From Candidatus Nanoarchaeia archaeon (lineage in GTDB: Archaea; Nanobdellota; Nanobdellia; SCGC-AAA011-G17; JAFCDX01), in the NCBI GenBank assembly GCA_028716945.1, contig JAQUOT010000002.1, positions 194,202 to 258,201 on the forward strand: a stretch of 64,000 nt of DNA, written 5' to 3'. Shown piece by piece: positions 19,796 through 29,452 of the stretch; position 1 is the first letter of the stretch, and every line of letters starts with the position of its first letter. Under the pieces are notes generated by a model. That model made no database searches. It was not told the DNA's origin and saw nothing but the letters and a program-made list of their open reading frames with translations. The translations under genes and the position numbers were made by a program.

Positions 19796-20503
19796 TTAAT
19801 TTCTCCATTTTGTATTTGTAGTCTCTTTTTCTATCCTACCGTCTTTGATATGAATGATTCTCTTAGCATATTTTACTAATTCAATATCGTGAGTAATTAG
19901 AATTATAGTTTTACCTTGACTATGTAATCTTCCTAAAAAATCCATTACAAATTTTCCAGTAGTACTATCCAAATTACCTGTGGGTTCATCAGCCAAAATT
20001 ACTTGTGGGTCATTTGATAATGCTCTTGCAATTGCAACTCTTTGTTGTTGCCCCCCAGAAAGTTGGTTTGGTTTATGATTTAGTCTTTCTCCAAGACCTA
20101 AAGATTCTAATAATTCTTTCGCCCTTTTTTTAGCTATATATTCTGGTTCATCACTTATTTCCATAGGAAGCATAACATTTTGTAATGCAGTTAAATTTGG
20201 AAGTAAATTAAATTGTTGAAAAATAAAACCAATAGTCTTCCCTCTAAGAAAAGCTAAAGAAGATTCTGACATTTCAGAAATATTTTGATTATTTAAACAA
20301 ACAGAACCCCAAGAAGGTTTATCTAATGCCCCAACAATATTAACCATAGTAGATTTACCAGAACCAGAAGGACCAGTAATTGCAATAAATTCTTGAGATT
20401 TTATATCTAAATTAATTTCTTTTAAAACAACAAGTGGCTCTTCACTACCCATATCATATTTCTTCCAAACATTTTCTATTTTTATTAAAGACTCTTGTTT
20501 CAT
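19796..20503 (-). CDS. ABC transporter ATP-binding protein (MacB/LolD-like)
   Basis: Walker [10 protein letters not shown], signature [15 protein letters not shown]. Confidence 0.9.
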   Translation of the reverse strand: MKQESLIKIENVWKKYDMGSEEPLVVLKEINLDIKSQEFIAITGPSGSGKSTMVNIVGALDKPSWGSVCLNNQNISEMSESSLAFLRGKTIGFIFQQFNLLPNLTALQNVMLPMEISDEPEYIAKKRAKELLESLGLGERLNHKPNQLSGGQQQRVAIARALSNDPQVILADEPTGNLDSTTGKFVMDFLGRLHSQGKTIILITHDIELVKYAKRIIHIKDGRIEKETTNTKWRN

Positions 20504-20605
20504 TACAAATAATTACAAAAAATTTTGTTTATAAATAAGATGGACTTATAATCCATTTGCTTTAAAAATGTTTAAATATACAAAAATATACCCAATTAAA
20601 TAAAT

Positions 20606-21292
20606 ATGAGACCATTAGAACAAATTTTTATGGTAGGACCAGGAACAGAAGTATTTTATTCATTTATTATTATAGTTTGTAGTTTAATGGTTTATTTTGG
20701 AACAAAAGAGTTATATGAATTAAGTTCATATAAAGGAATAAAATATTTTAGACTTTCTTTTTTATTTTTTGCCTTAGCTTATTTTTTCAGATCATTTATC
20801 ACCTTTATTTTAAGTTTTTTTAATATAGGTACTATACACGAATTTTCTCCAATATTTATGCCTATAGGGCCATTAACACTATTACTTTTCATGTATTTTA
20901 GTTCTATGGCACTATTCTACCTTCTTTATAGTATAATTTGGAAGAAATGGGATAAAAATTCTATAATGGTCTATACTTTTCATATAATTGCAGTAATAAT
21001 CTCCTTAGTAAGTATCTTTTCTAGAAGAATGGAAGTTCTTTTAGGAATAAATATTTTCCTTTTCATATTTGTTTCAAGCGTATTTTATGTAGCCCACAAG
21101 GATAAAAAAATTAAAAACAAATGGAATAATCTTTACGCAGTTTATATTTTATTGCTTATTTTTTGGGTATTAAATATTATAGATATATTAATCCCTCCTT
21201 TTTTACAAACCTTCCAAATGGTTATTTATTTAGCCTCTTGTGGAATTTTTTTAATTATACTTTATAAAGTTCTTAAAAAAACTGGGAATTGA
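20606..21292 (+). CDS. polytopic membrane protein
   Basis: About seven hydrophobic helices. Confidence 0.5.
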   Translation: MRPLEQIFMVGPGTEVFYSFIIIVCSLMVYFGTKELYELSSYKGIKYFRLSFLFFALAYFFRSFITFILSFFNIGTIHEFSPIFMPIGPLTLLLFMYFSSMALFYLLYSIIWKKWDKNSIMVYTFHIIAVIISLVSIFSRRMEVLLGINIFLFIFVSSVFYVAHKDKKIKNKWNNLYAVYILLLIFWVLNIIDILIPPFLQTFQMVIYLASCGIFLIILYKVLKKTGN

Positions 21293-21296
21293 TACA

Positions 21297-21569
21297 ATGA
21301 TTAAGCGAGGAAAATTAGAAATTACAAAAGATATCTTAGAAATAATATATAATAATAAAAATTCTATAAAACCAACTCCTTTATTGAGAAAATCGAATCT
21401 TTCTTCTACAAGATTTAAAGAGTATTACACTAACCTATTAGAAAAAGGGTTTATACAAGAATTAACTGATAAAGATGGAACTAAATATATTACATTAACT
21501 GAAAAAGGTTTCAGATTTTTAGAAAAATATAAGGCTATAACTACCTTTATTGATGAATTTGAATTATAA
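21297..21569 (+). CDS. winged-helix DNA-binding protein
   Basis: 90-aa archaeal-type wHTH pattern. Confidence 0.55.
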   Translation: MIKRGKLEITKDILEIIYNNKNSIKPTPLLRKSNLSSTRFKEYYTNLLEKGFIQELTDKDGTKYITLTEKGFRFLEKYKAITTFIDEFEL

Positions 21570-21586
21570 AAAATAAAAAAAAGAAA

Positions 21587-21646
21587 TTATCTTCTTTTCT
21601 TTTTCTTAGCTTTTTTCTTAGTTTTACATCCGCAACAATTGCACAT
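21587..21646 (-). CDS. candidate micro-ORF encoding MCNCCGCKTKKKAKKKKRR
   Basis: GGAGG located 7 nt upstream of the ATG. Cys cluster plus a Lys tail. Very short, speculative. Confidence 0.15.
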   Translation of the reverse strand: MCNCCGCKTKKKAKKKKRR

Positions 21647-21658
21647 TTTTATTCCTCC

Positions 21659-21940
21659 TTATTTAACTTTCTTGTCTATGTAATTCCAAAGTTCTGCAAA
21701 TATCCATCCCATTACATAACCTGATAAAAAGGTTAATATCACTAGCATTAATGCATAAACTGCATTAAAATTAGAAACTTGCCAAACATTGTTCAAAAAG
21801 TGCAATGGAAATATCCAATCTAAGAATTTTTGTGTTAAACTTGTGCTTGCTAATATAAACAAAGCCCAAATTAAATGCAATCCACCAATAAAAATTCCTA
21901 AAGTTAAACCAAGCTTATTTGCGTCTAGTTTGTTTGCCAA
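21659..21940 (-). CDS. small membrane protein
   Basis: 93 aa with hydrophobic helices. Confidence 0.4.
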   Translation of the reverse strand: MANKLDANKLGLTLGIFIGGLHLIWALFILASTSLTQKFLDWIFPLHFLNNVWQVSNFNAVYALMLVILTFLSGYVMGWIFAELWNYIDKKVK

Positions 21941-22673
21941 AAATTACACCTCCTTTTTTGTGTTTTTTAAGCAATACTATTAAAGATATTATAAACATTA
22001 GAATACTTAAATATTGCGCTAAGGTTAATCCATAATAAAAAGGTAAATCCTTAAACATATCACAAATAAACCTAAATGCGCTGTATAATAGAATAAATAA
22101 CCAGAATATATATCCAGAAGGTAAGGTTCTTAAGAAATATAATATATTAAACAAAACAAAATTAGAAAATACTTGATATAATTGCACAGGATGTCTTAAT
22201 TCTGAATAATTATCAAATTTATATCCAAATATTGAATTAGTTACTTTTCCAACTAGTTCTTGATTAATAAAATTACCAATTCTAATAAACATAGCTCCTA
22301 AAGCAAAAGGTATTACAATAATATCTGCCAAATCATAGAATTTTATTTTATATTTCTTGCTAAACCATAAAGTCATTAATACATTTGCTATTATTGCTCC
22401 ATGACTAGATAAGCCTCCTTCCCAAGTATAAAATATTTTAATTGGATTAGCATAGAAATAATCAAAATTATAAAAAAGTATATGGAATAATCTTGCTCCA
22501 ATTATAGTTACGATTAAAACATATAAAAAGTATTTATCTATTAATTTTAGATCTATTTTTTTCTCTTTAGCTAATTTTCTTAATAAAAAATAACCTATAA
22601 GAAAACCTAAAGCCATTAATATTCCATACCAAGTTGCCTTTAATGGACCTAAACTAAATGCTACTGGATTCAT
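21915..22673 (-). CDS. lgt: prolipoprotein diacylglyceryl transferase homologue
   Basis: Multi-TM protein with an Lgt-like N-terminus (WYGILMALGFLIGYFL) and an RIGNFINQEL(V)G signature-like block. Confidence 0.7.
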   Translation of the reverse strand: MNPVAFSLGPLKATWYGILMALGFLIGYFLLRKLAKEKKIDLKLIDKYFLYVLIVTIIGARLFHILFYNFDYFYANPIKIFYTWEGGLSSHGAIIANVLMTLWFSKKYKIKFYDLADIIVIPFALGAMFIRIGNFINQELVGKVTNSIFGYKFDNYSELRHPVQLYQVFSNFVLFNILYFLRTLPSGYIFWLFILLYSAFRFICDMFKDLPFYYGLTLAQYLSILMFIISLIVLLKKHKKGGVIFGKQTRRK

Positions 22674-22704
22674 TACAAATAAAAAAGAATAGAAGTTTAT
22701 AAAT

Positions 22705-23253
22705 TTAAGGTTTTACTTTTAATAACTCTAAAGCTTTATTGTATGAATTATCTCCTTTGAAATATAATTCAACGTTTTCACCAAATAAAAAGTTTATTTC
22801 ATTTCCATGGACATGAGTTTGTATATATTTTGCATCTTTATTCATATTTACAACATTTGTTTGTCTTATATACCTCACTGGAAGCATAATAGAACCAGCT
22901 AACAATCCCCAGTTATGATAATTATTTCCAAAACTTATATCAGCATCTTCATAATATTTATGAACATGTCTATTTGTAGGAATTATAAGGTTATCAAAAC
23001 CTTTATTTTCTTTGTATTCTACCTTTTCTCCATTAATTATACCTAAATAAGACCTAAATTTTGTCCTTAAAGGAACGTATTCAACACAACGCTCCATATT
23101 TGGATGACGACCAGAACCACCCTCTTTTGTTAAGGAATCATCTTTTTGAGTCTGCATATTTATTATAAGAATTTGATTTCCAAGATTTGATTTTAATAAT
23201 CCAGTTAATTCATCATAATGTAATTTTTGTTTTATTTCTGCAGGTATTTCCAT
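22705..23253 (-). CDS. hypothetical protein (possibly cupin-like)
   Basis: 182-aa ORF. Confidence 0.45.
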   Translation of the reverse strand: MEIPAEIKQKLHYDELTGLLKSNLGNQILIINMQTQKDDSLTKEGGSGRHPNMERCVEYVPLRTKFRSYLGIINGEKVEYKENKGFDNLIIPTNRHVHKYYEDADISFGNNYHNWGLLAGSIMLPVRYIRQTNVVNMNKDAKYIQTHVHGNEINFLFGENVELYFKGDNSYNKALELLKVKP

Positions 23254-23325
23254 AACAAATCAAAACCAATTTATTATATAAAGATTTATAGGAAATAAAG
23301 GTATTATTAGAAAATATATTTAGAT

Positions 23326-24363
23326 TTAACCACAACTAGCTGTTGGAGTTGTGCTTGTTGCAGAACCTGTAACTGCTAAAGTTCCTGAACATTCACTTGG
23401 TGCTGTGGTATAAGCGTCACATATTGCAGTTTTATAAGCATCTGCGCCTCTTGATCCTGAATAATCTACTCCATTTATTATTAAAGTTGGAGAGCCTTGA
23501 ACCCCATATTTAGTATTCAATGTTACTTGTTCTGCTAATAAAGTTGTAGCTTGTTTATCATAACATGATTTTACTTTAGTTACATCAACTTTTACAGCTT
23601 TTGCTACAGTTTCCCAACAAGTATCTACGTTTTTATAAGTACAATCTGTTGAAACTTTTAATACATAATCCCAGAATTTATCTTTCTGTTCATTAAAGAT
23701 ACATAATTGTCTTACATCTTCATGTACTTCTTGTGCACCGTGCATTGAACAGTATTTTTCTTCTTTATCAAAGCAGTAATCTAATGGTTGTGCTCCTGCA
23801 TTTGTTGCGTAATCAGAATAAATAACATATCTTGGTATTATTTCAGTATTTTTTAATAATTTAGCAACTGGTGCCATAGCTTGCATTGCTTGTATACCAT
23901 AAGGACAATATGACATTACGAATAATTCTACTTTTGCTTTAGCTAATTTAGGAATATTTTTTTGTTGTGTTTGTGTTCCTTGATTTGTTAAAGATGTTTT
24001 AAAGTCATCAACGTTAATTAACCCCATTCCAGATAAAATTATATTTTTTCCGTCTTTTGTTGCATATACAGGAATTTCATTTCCATTGTATTCTACATTA
24101 ATCAAATATAATCCAGATTCTTCAGAAACATCTTTTAATGTTACAGTTCCTGTTTTAACTAAATAAGTATTAACAAATTTAACAGTATCTTCTGCTACTG
24201 CATTTTTGCTGCTACATCCTGAGAATTGCATAACTACCAATACAACAAAAGCAACTGCAAGAATAATAGTAGCTATTTGCCATCCATTTGTTTTTTTAAT
24301 CTTATGATGTACATTAGAAATATGATGTCTCACTTTTGATTCTTTTTTAATTTCGTCTTCCAT
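23326..24363 (-). CDS. membrane-anchored extracytoplasmic thioredoxin-fold protein (DsbA-like)
   Basis: N-terminal TM. CPYG (CxxC) thioredoxin-fold motif. C-terminal Cys-rich tail. Confidence 0.55.
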   Translation of the reverse strand: MEDEIKKESKVRHHISNVHHKIKKTNGWQIATIILAVAFVVLVVMQFSGCSSKNAVAEDTVKFVNTYLVKTGTVTLKDVSEESGLYLINVEYNGNEIPVYATKDGKNIILSGMGLINVDDFKTSLTNQGTQTQQKNIPKLAKAKVELFVMSYCPYGIQAMQAMAPVAKLLKNTEIIPRYVIYSDYATNAGAQPLDYCFDKEEKYCSMHGAQEVHEDVRQLCIFNEQKDKFWDYVLKVSTDCTYKNVDTCWETVAKAVKVDVTKVKSCYDKQATTLLAEQVTLNTKYGVQGSPTLIINGVDYSGSRGADAYKTAICDAYTTAPSECSGTLAVTGSATSTTPTASCG

Positions 24364-24421
24364 TTTACAATTTTTTTGTTATTTACTTATTTATAAAGTT
24401 TATGAATTTTTAAAATATATT

Positions 24422-24934
24422 TCAAATTATTTTATATTTCATAGAATCTTGTTCAAACGTATAACCTTCAGCAAATATAATGTCCTTGCTAAATATACCC
24501 ATTTTATTAATAGAACATTGCACTATTGTTAATTCTAACCCATATTGATAATAATCTCCTCCAAAACTAAACATATCAGAATCACTTAGTTCACACAATC
24601 CTCTTGGGTGCATATGCCAGGTTCCTATAACATCCGCATATCTATGATCTGAACCACAAGCTTCATATTTCATAGTATTTACCTGAGTACTAATTATTGT
24701 TGGTTCGTATATATTACTAATTTTCCAACCTTCTAAGGTTTTTTCTCCTCTTACACATCTTGTTGTTTCTTCTTGGTTGTTTTCATAAATATTATTAAAA
24801 TCAGTCATTATGTTTTGAGGTATTTCAACGACTCTTTCTTGAAAAACTGCTCTTCCAGTTACATAACTGCTTATAAAAAAGAGTATTATTAGAATTGTCG
24901 CAATAGAAATTTTATTTCCGTTTTTGTTTTTCAA
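24422..24934 (-). CDS. JAMM/MPN+ metalloprotease domain protein with an N-terminal signal-anchor
   Basis: VIGTWHMHPRGLCELSDSD matches the JAMM HxHx7Sx2D motif (compare Rpn11 WYHSHPGFGCWLSGVD). N-terminal TM helix. Confidence 0.6.
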   Translation of the reverse strand: MKNKNGNKISIATILIILFFISSYVTGRAVFQERVVEIPQNIMTDFNNIYENNQEETTRCVRGEKTLEGWKISNIYEPTIISTQVNTMKYEACGSDHRYADVIGTWHMHPRGLCELSDSDMFSFGGDYYQYGLELTIVQCSINKMGIFSKDIIFAEGYTFEQDSMKYKII

Positions 24935-24991
24935 ACATACACCTCTTAACTAATTACATTTGTTTTAGTTTATAAATCTTTTCTTGGTTAT

Positions 24992-25870
24992 TTATTCAAA
25001 TACCATAGAACCATAACCTACAAAATTATTATAATCTTTAAAAATATCTCCAGAATTATAATATTTTAATAATTTGGCTTTTTTACATCCCAGATTTTTT
25101 AATATTTCTAATCCAAGAGCAATAGGATATTTTCCGCAAATTGTTTTATCTTCTGTATATTCTAAAAATCCTTTAGTATCAAATTTTTTAATCAATTCTA
25201 CTGCTTGTATATCTATTTTTTCAACTTTTTTAGCAGAACCATCTTGTAAAGTATATCCATAACCAGAACCATAATGAGTAAAATCAGAACTTATAATTAA
25301 CTGAAATCTTCTATCTAATTTAGAAAATAATTTTCCAACTTTCCTGCAAGTTTCAAAATCAATATCAGAAACAGTAATAGGTAATATTCTTAATTTTTGT
25401 AAATTATCTTTTGAAATAAATTGTAAAAAAGGTAATTGTACTTCTAAAGAATGTTCTACTCTGTGTGCATTTTCATCTCTTTTAATATTATTTTCATTTA
25501 ATAATTCTAAAAAATCTTTAATTTCTATAGAATTCATATCAGAAATATTTTTAACTAATCCAAAAGGAGTCTGCCAATCTTGTAAACTTAAAGCAATATT
25601 ATTCCCAGTAAAAGCAGTATGATTTACTCCAAGCATAATATAAAATTCAGGAAATTTTGCTTCTCCTAATTCTTTGTAAGAATAACTTGCACAAGGCCCA
25701 GAATAGGTATAGCCTGCATGAGGTGTTATTACTCCAAAAATATTTTTTGTTCTTTTCCCAGGCAATTTTCCAGGTCCTAATTTAGATAAAAAACAATTTT
25801 TTATTTCTTCTTCTAACTCTTGCAAATCTCCTGGATAAAATTGGTTATTTACGATAGGTATTCTTGTCAT
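24992..25870 (-). CDS. Memo-like protein (AmmeMemoRadiSam system protein B family)
   Basis: N-terminal MTRIPIVNNQFYPGD and overall Memo1-family pattern. Confidence 0.75.
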   Translation of the reverse strand: MTRIPIVNNQFYPGDLQELEEEIKNCFLSKLGPGKLPGKRTKNIFGVITPHAGYTYSGPCASYSYKELGEAKFPEFYIMLGVNHTAFTGNNIALSLQDWQTPFGLVKNISDMNSIEIKDFLELLNENNIKRDENAHRVEHSLEVQLPFLQFISKDNLQKLRILPITVSDIDFETCRKVGKLFSKLDRRFQLIISSDFTHYGSGYGYTLQDGSAKKVEKIDIQAVELIKKFDTKGFLEYTEDKTICGKYPIALGLEILKNLGCKKAKLLKYYNSGDIFKDYNNFVGYGSMVFE

Positions 25871-27588
25871 TTCTTAAGATAATTTATTTCTATTAAGTAT
25901 AATATAATTAAAATTATTATTACAATAAAAATCCAAGGGACAACTAATTTGAGATAATAAAAAGCATAAACTCCTATTGAACATTTTGGACAATTTACTC
26001 CACAATCAATTCCAATTTCATTTGCATCTTTAACTCCATTTTCACAGTGATTTACTGATTCTAAATTTCTAATGTTTTTAGGAGTTTCAGGAGCTTCTAG
26101 ATTTCTCTGAATTAATGTTGCAGGAGCTACAATGGTTTGGCCTTCCCTATTTCCACCAGAACTACCCCCACCTCCACCGCCTCCACCACCAGAATCACCA
26201 GAAGTTTCATGAGCATTTTTTTCTCCAATCAAACTAAAAACATTTACAAAATTATATAAACTTAAATTATAATAATTATTTTCTTTATAATAATCAGCAG
26301 ATATTAAAGTGTTATTAACGTATAAGTTTAAACTAGATTCATTTATATCTAATTCTATTAATTTTGATTGATTGTAGTACATTTCAAATAAACCATTTAT
26401 AAAAATATTATTAATATCTAATTCTAGGATAAACTCTGCTATGCTTAAATTTCCTTTTTCGGCAAGAACATAACTTTTATTAAAAGTAATATTTGTTATA
26501 TTTTCAGAAGTATATAAAGTTAAAATATTTGTTGTTATCTCATTTTCTATAGTGAGCATTCTTTTATAATTACAACTTGGGCAAGAACCTCCACAGTCAA
26601 TTCCTGTTTCATCTCCATTTTGCATTTCATCTATACATGTTGGTTCACAATCATCTCCAACACCATCAAAATCAGTATCCATCTGATCTTCATTATTAAC
26701 GAAATCGCAATTATCACATTCGTCACCAAAATAATCTGTATCAGAATTATTTTGTTCTGGATTGTAAACATCTAAACAATTATCATATTCATTTATTACA
26801 GAATCGTTATCAACATCTCCTGTATCGGTTATGTTTTTGAATTCAAACTGAATCCATTGATTATTTTTTGAATCATCATAAAAGATTCCATACTCCAAAT
26901 CTCCTGTAGCTTCAAAGATTTCTTCTTTACTGTTATTCCATTTTCCATCATAAATATGCTTGCTTATTTTATAGGTTACAAACCAAGTTGAAGAATCAAA
27001 ATGAAATATGATATTAGTTGGATTTGAATATCCTGATGCTTGTTTTTCTAGATTAATTAAAATTAAATCTTTTTTCTTTTGAACTTGGAAGAAAACATCA
27101 TTGTAATCCTTATCTGCCTGATCTAAAGGTAAATCTTCAAAACCAGTCCAAAATTCTCTCTGCGTTTTTTGTTCTTTATCTAACCAAGAAAAAATTGAAT
27201 CTTCTCCGCTATTCTGATTTATAGAAGAAAAATTCTGGCTTAAATACCAATATTGTTCGGTAGTTGCATTTAAATCAAGAGAACAATTTTCAATATCAGA
27301 ATTACAAAGCATTACCAATCCATTTTGTTCTTTCCAATTCCATCTTAAATCTCCATTTCCCTTATTTATTATGTTATAATCTATTACCCCTTTAGAAGAA
27401 GTTAGGATTTTATCAAAATTATTAGAATTAATTATCTCGTAAGCTGTTTCATTTCCAGTATATTCATAATTAGGATTATATACAACAAAACCAGTAATAT
27501 TTACTCCTATTAAAAAGGTTAATAATAAAATAGCCATTATAGCAATACCGATAAGAACATAATCCTCTATTTTTTTAACTAAAGACAT
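25867..27588 (-). CDS. surface protein with thrombospondin type-3-like Ca-binding repeats, a poly-Gly linker, a Cys module and a C-terminal TM
   Basis: Asp-rich repeats (DVDNDSVINEYDNC, DTDFDGVGDDCE). GGGGGGGGG run. C-terminal hydrophobic anchor. Confidence 0.55.
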   Translation of the reverse strand: MSLVKKIEDYVLIGIAIMAILLLTFLIGVNITGFVVYNPNYEYTGNETAYEIINSNNFDKILTSSKGVIDYNIINKGNGDLRWNWKEQNGLVMLCNSDIENCSLDLNATTEQYWYLSQNFSSINQNSGEDSIFSWLDKEQKTQREFWTGFEDLPLDQADKDYNDVFFQVQKKKDLILINLEKQASGYSNPTNIIFHFDSSTWFVTYKISKHIYDGKWNNSKEEIFEATGDLEYGIFYDDSKNNQWIQFEFKNITDTGDVDNDSVINEYDNCLDVYNPEQNNSDTDYFGDECDNCDFVNNEDQMDTDFDGVGDDCEPTCIDEMQNGDETGIDCGGSCPSCNYKRMLTIENEITTNILTLYTSENITNITFNKSYVLAEKGNLSIAEFILELDINNIFINGLFEMYYNQSKLIELDINESSLNLYVNNTLISADYYKENNYYNLSLYNFVNVFSLIGEKNAHETSGDSGGGGGGGGGSSGGNREGQTIVAPATLIQRNLEAPETPKNIRNLESVNHCENGVKDANEIGIDCGVNCPKCSIGVYAFYYLKLVVPWIFIVIIILIILYLIEINYLKK

Positions 27589-27648
27589 ATATTTATAAAC
27601 ACTTTTTTATTTATAAAACTTTATATATTTTTCTGATATCTAAATTCT

Positions 27649-29451
27649 ATGAAATTGGGGTTTAAAAGATTATTGGCAGGTATAGCCTTAACCGGTTTTT
27701 CTTTATTAGCAAAAGCAGAAGCCAAATTTGATTCTTATAGTGATAGAATTGTTTTAACAGAAAAGAATCGTAAATATGCTGGAAGAAAAGTTGTTAATCG
27801 TGAAGAAAAAGTAGCTGGTTGGTATATTGTTGATATTACTGATGAAAAACATAAAAATGTAATCGGGGATGAAAAATATGAAGAAAAACAATATAGAGAT
27901 TTAGCATTTATGTTTGAAATGGAAAAAGATATGCCAATATATTATAAAACCATTGAGAATGCAAGTAATGGTTTTAAAAAAATATTAGCAGCTCAATTAG
28001 GAGTAGAAGCATTAAGATTTACTTATAATACTTTAGTAGATATAGAAGGTTCTTTAGGTGCTTCTGTTGCAACAGGAGGAGCAAATTTATCTGGTGAAGG
28101 ACAAAAATACCTTGTAAGAGAAATTTTTGGAGATTCTCTAGAAGAAATTAATCAGACCTTTAGTAATAATTTAGAATCAAAATATTCAGAAATAGAAAAA
28201 AAAGTAAAAGCAATAAATTCTAAGGATTTAGAAAAAATAATTTCTGGAGAAGAATCAGAATACGTTAATGATTTAAAAAAATTACTTATAAAAGAATTAA
28301 ACAAATCTGTTCATACCAAATTATCAAAAGCAATTGTTCAATTAGAATTAGCCATAAAATATGCTTTAGAAAATAACAGAAGTCTTGCAGAAAATGAAAA
28401 AATGTTTAAGTCTCTTGTAGAAGGGATAAGTGTAGGATTTGGAGTTACGGCTTATTATGTTGAAATGAATGAAAACAATAGTATGGATAATCTTGCAAGA
28501 ACAATTATTATTAGAGGATCAAAAGGAGCAGGCGTTCCATTGAATGCTGTAATAAACAATAAAAAAATATTAGAAGCTCTTAAAGAAGAGAATCACTATC
28601 AAAACGCGGTTAAAAAAAGCGCAGCAAAAACAAGAGAATGGCAAAGAAAACTTTACATTACTTTTAATACAAATTGGGAAGGAGAACGTGTTGAAAGATT
28701 ATTAGATTATATTCAAGAAAACAAACCAAAAGAAAAAAAACCTGCAGAACCTATACAACAAACTCCAAAAGAAAACCAACCTCAAGAAATTATTTTAAAA
28801 GAAGGAACAATGAATATTGATCTAAACAACGATGGAGTAAAAGAATCAATAACTTCGAAGTTTTTCTATAATGAAAGAAATGGAGTATATTTTAATTATG
28901 TTATAATAAACAACACACCACAGATTGGTTCTTGTTCTGATATGAAGCTAGTTAAAACAAAAAATAACGAATATAACCTTTATGTTACTAAAATGACAGA
29001 TGTAGAACCTGATGCTTTGAAAACTTGCACTGTAAAAGAGCGTTATTCTTGGAATGGAGGTATTCCTGTATTAGAATCTACTTCTGGTGAGCCCATACAA
29101 CAAAAACCTAAGATTGAAGTAACTGAAGAAACTAAGCAAACTAAAAGAAGGGTTATGATGAATTATCTTGCTTCTCTTTTTTATGCCAATATATCATATT
29201 TTTCAGATTATAATCAATTTCCTCCTTATTATTCAGGAAACTTAGATAATTATTCAAAACACTTTAAAGAAGCGCGAGGATTAGAATATTATAAAAATAG
29301 TTTCATAGGAGCTACCTGTAATTTAATTTTCAACCCTGTAACTACTTCAAATTTTATTGCTGAATTAAAATGCAATTTAGATAACGATAATGATTTAGAA
29401 ATTTGGAGAATAGATGAAGGCAAAAGATTAGTGCAATTAAATAAAGATTAA
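27649..29451 (+). CDS. secreted hypothetical protein (600 aa)
   Basis: Cleavable signal peptide MKLGFKRLLAGIALTGFSLLAKAEA. Confidence 0.5.
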   Translation: MKLGFKRLLAGIALTGFSLLAKAEAKFDSYSDRIVLTEKNRKYAGRKVVNREEKVAGWYIVDITDEKHKNVIGDEKYEEKQYRDLAFMFEMEKDMPIYYKTIENASNGFKKILAAQLGVEALRFTYNTLVDIEGSLGASVATGGANLSGEGQKYLVREIFGDSLEEINQTFSNNLESKYSEIEKKVKAINSKDLEKIISGEESEYVNDLKKLLIKELNKSVHTKLSKAIVQLELAIKYALENNRSLAENEKMFKSLVEGISVGFGVTAYYVEMNENNSMDNLARTIIIRGSKGAGVPLNAVINNKKILEALKEENHYQNAVKKSAAKTREWQRKLYITFNTNWEGERVERLLDYIQENKPKEKKPAEPIQQTPKENQPQEIILKEGTMNIDLNNDGVKESITSKFFYNERNGVYFNYVIINNTPQIGSCSDMKLVKTKNNEYNLYVTKMTDVEPDALKTCTVKERYSWNGGIPVLESTSGEPIQQKPKIEVTEETKQTKRRVMMNYLASLFYANISYFSDYNQFPPYYSGNLDNYSKHFKEARGLEYYKNSFIGATCNLIFNPVTTSNFIAELKCNLDNDNDLEIWRIDEGKRLVQLNKD

Positions 29452-29452
29452 T

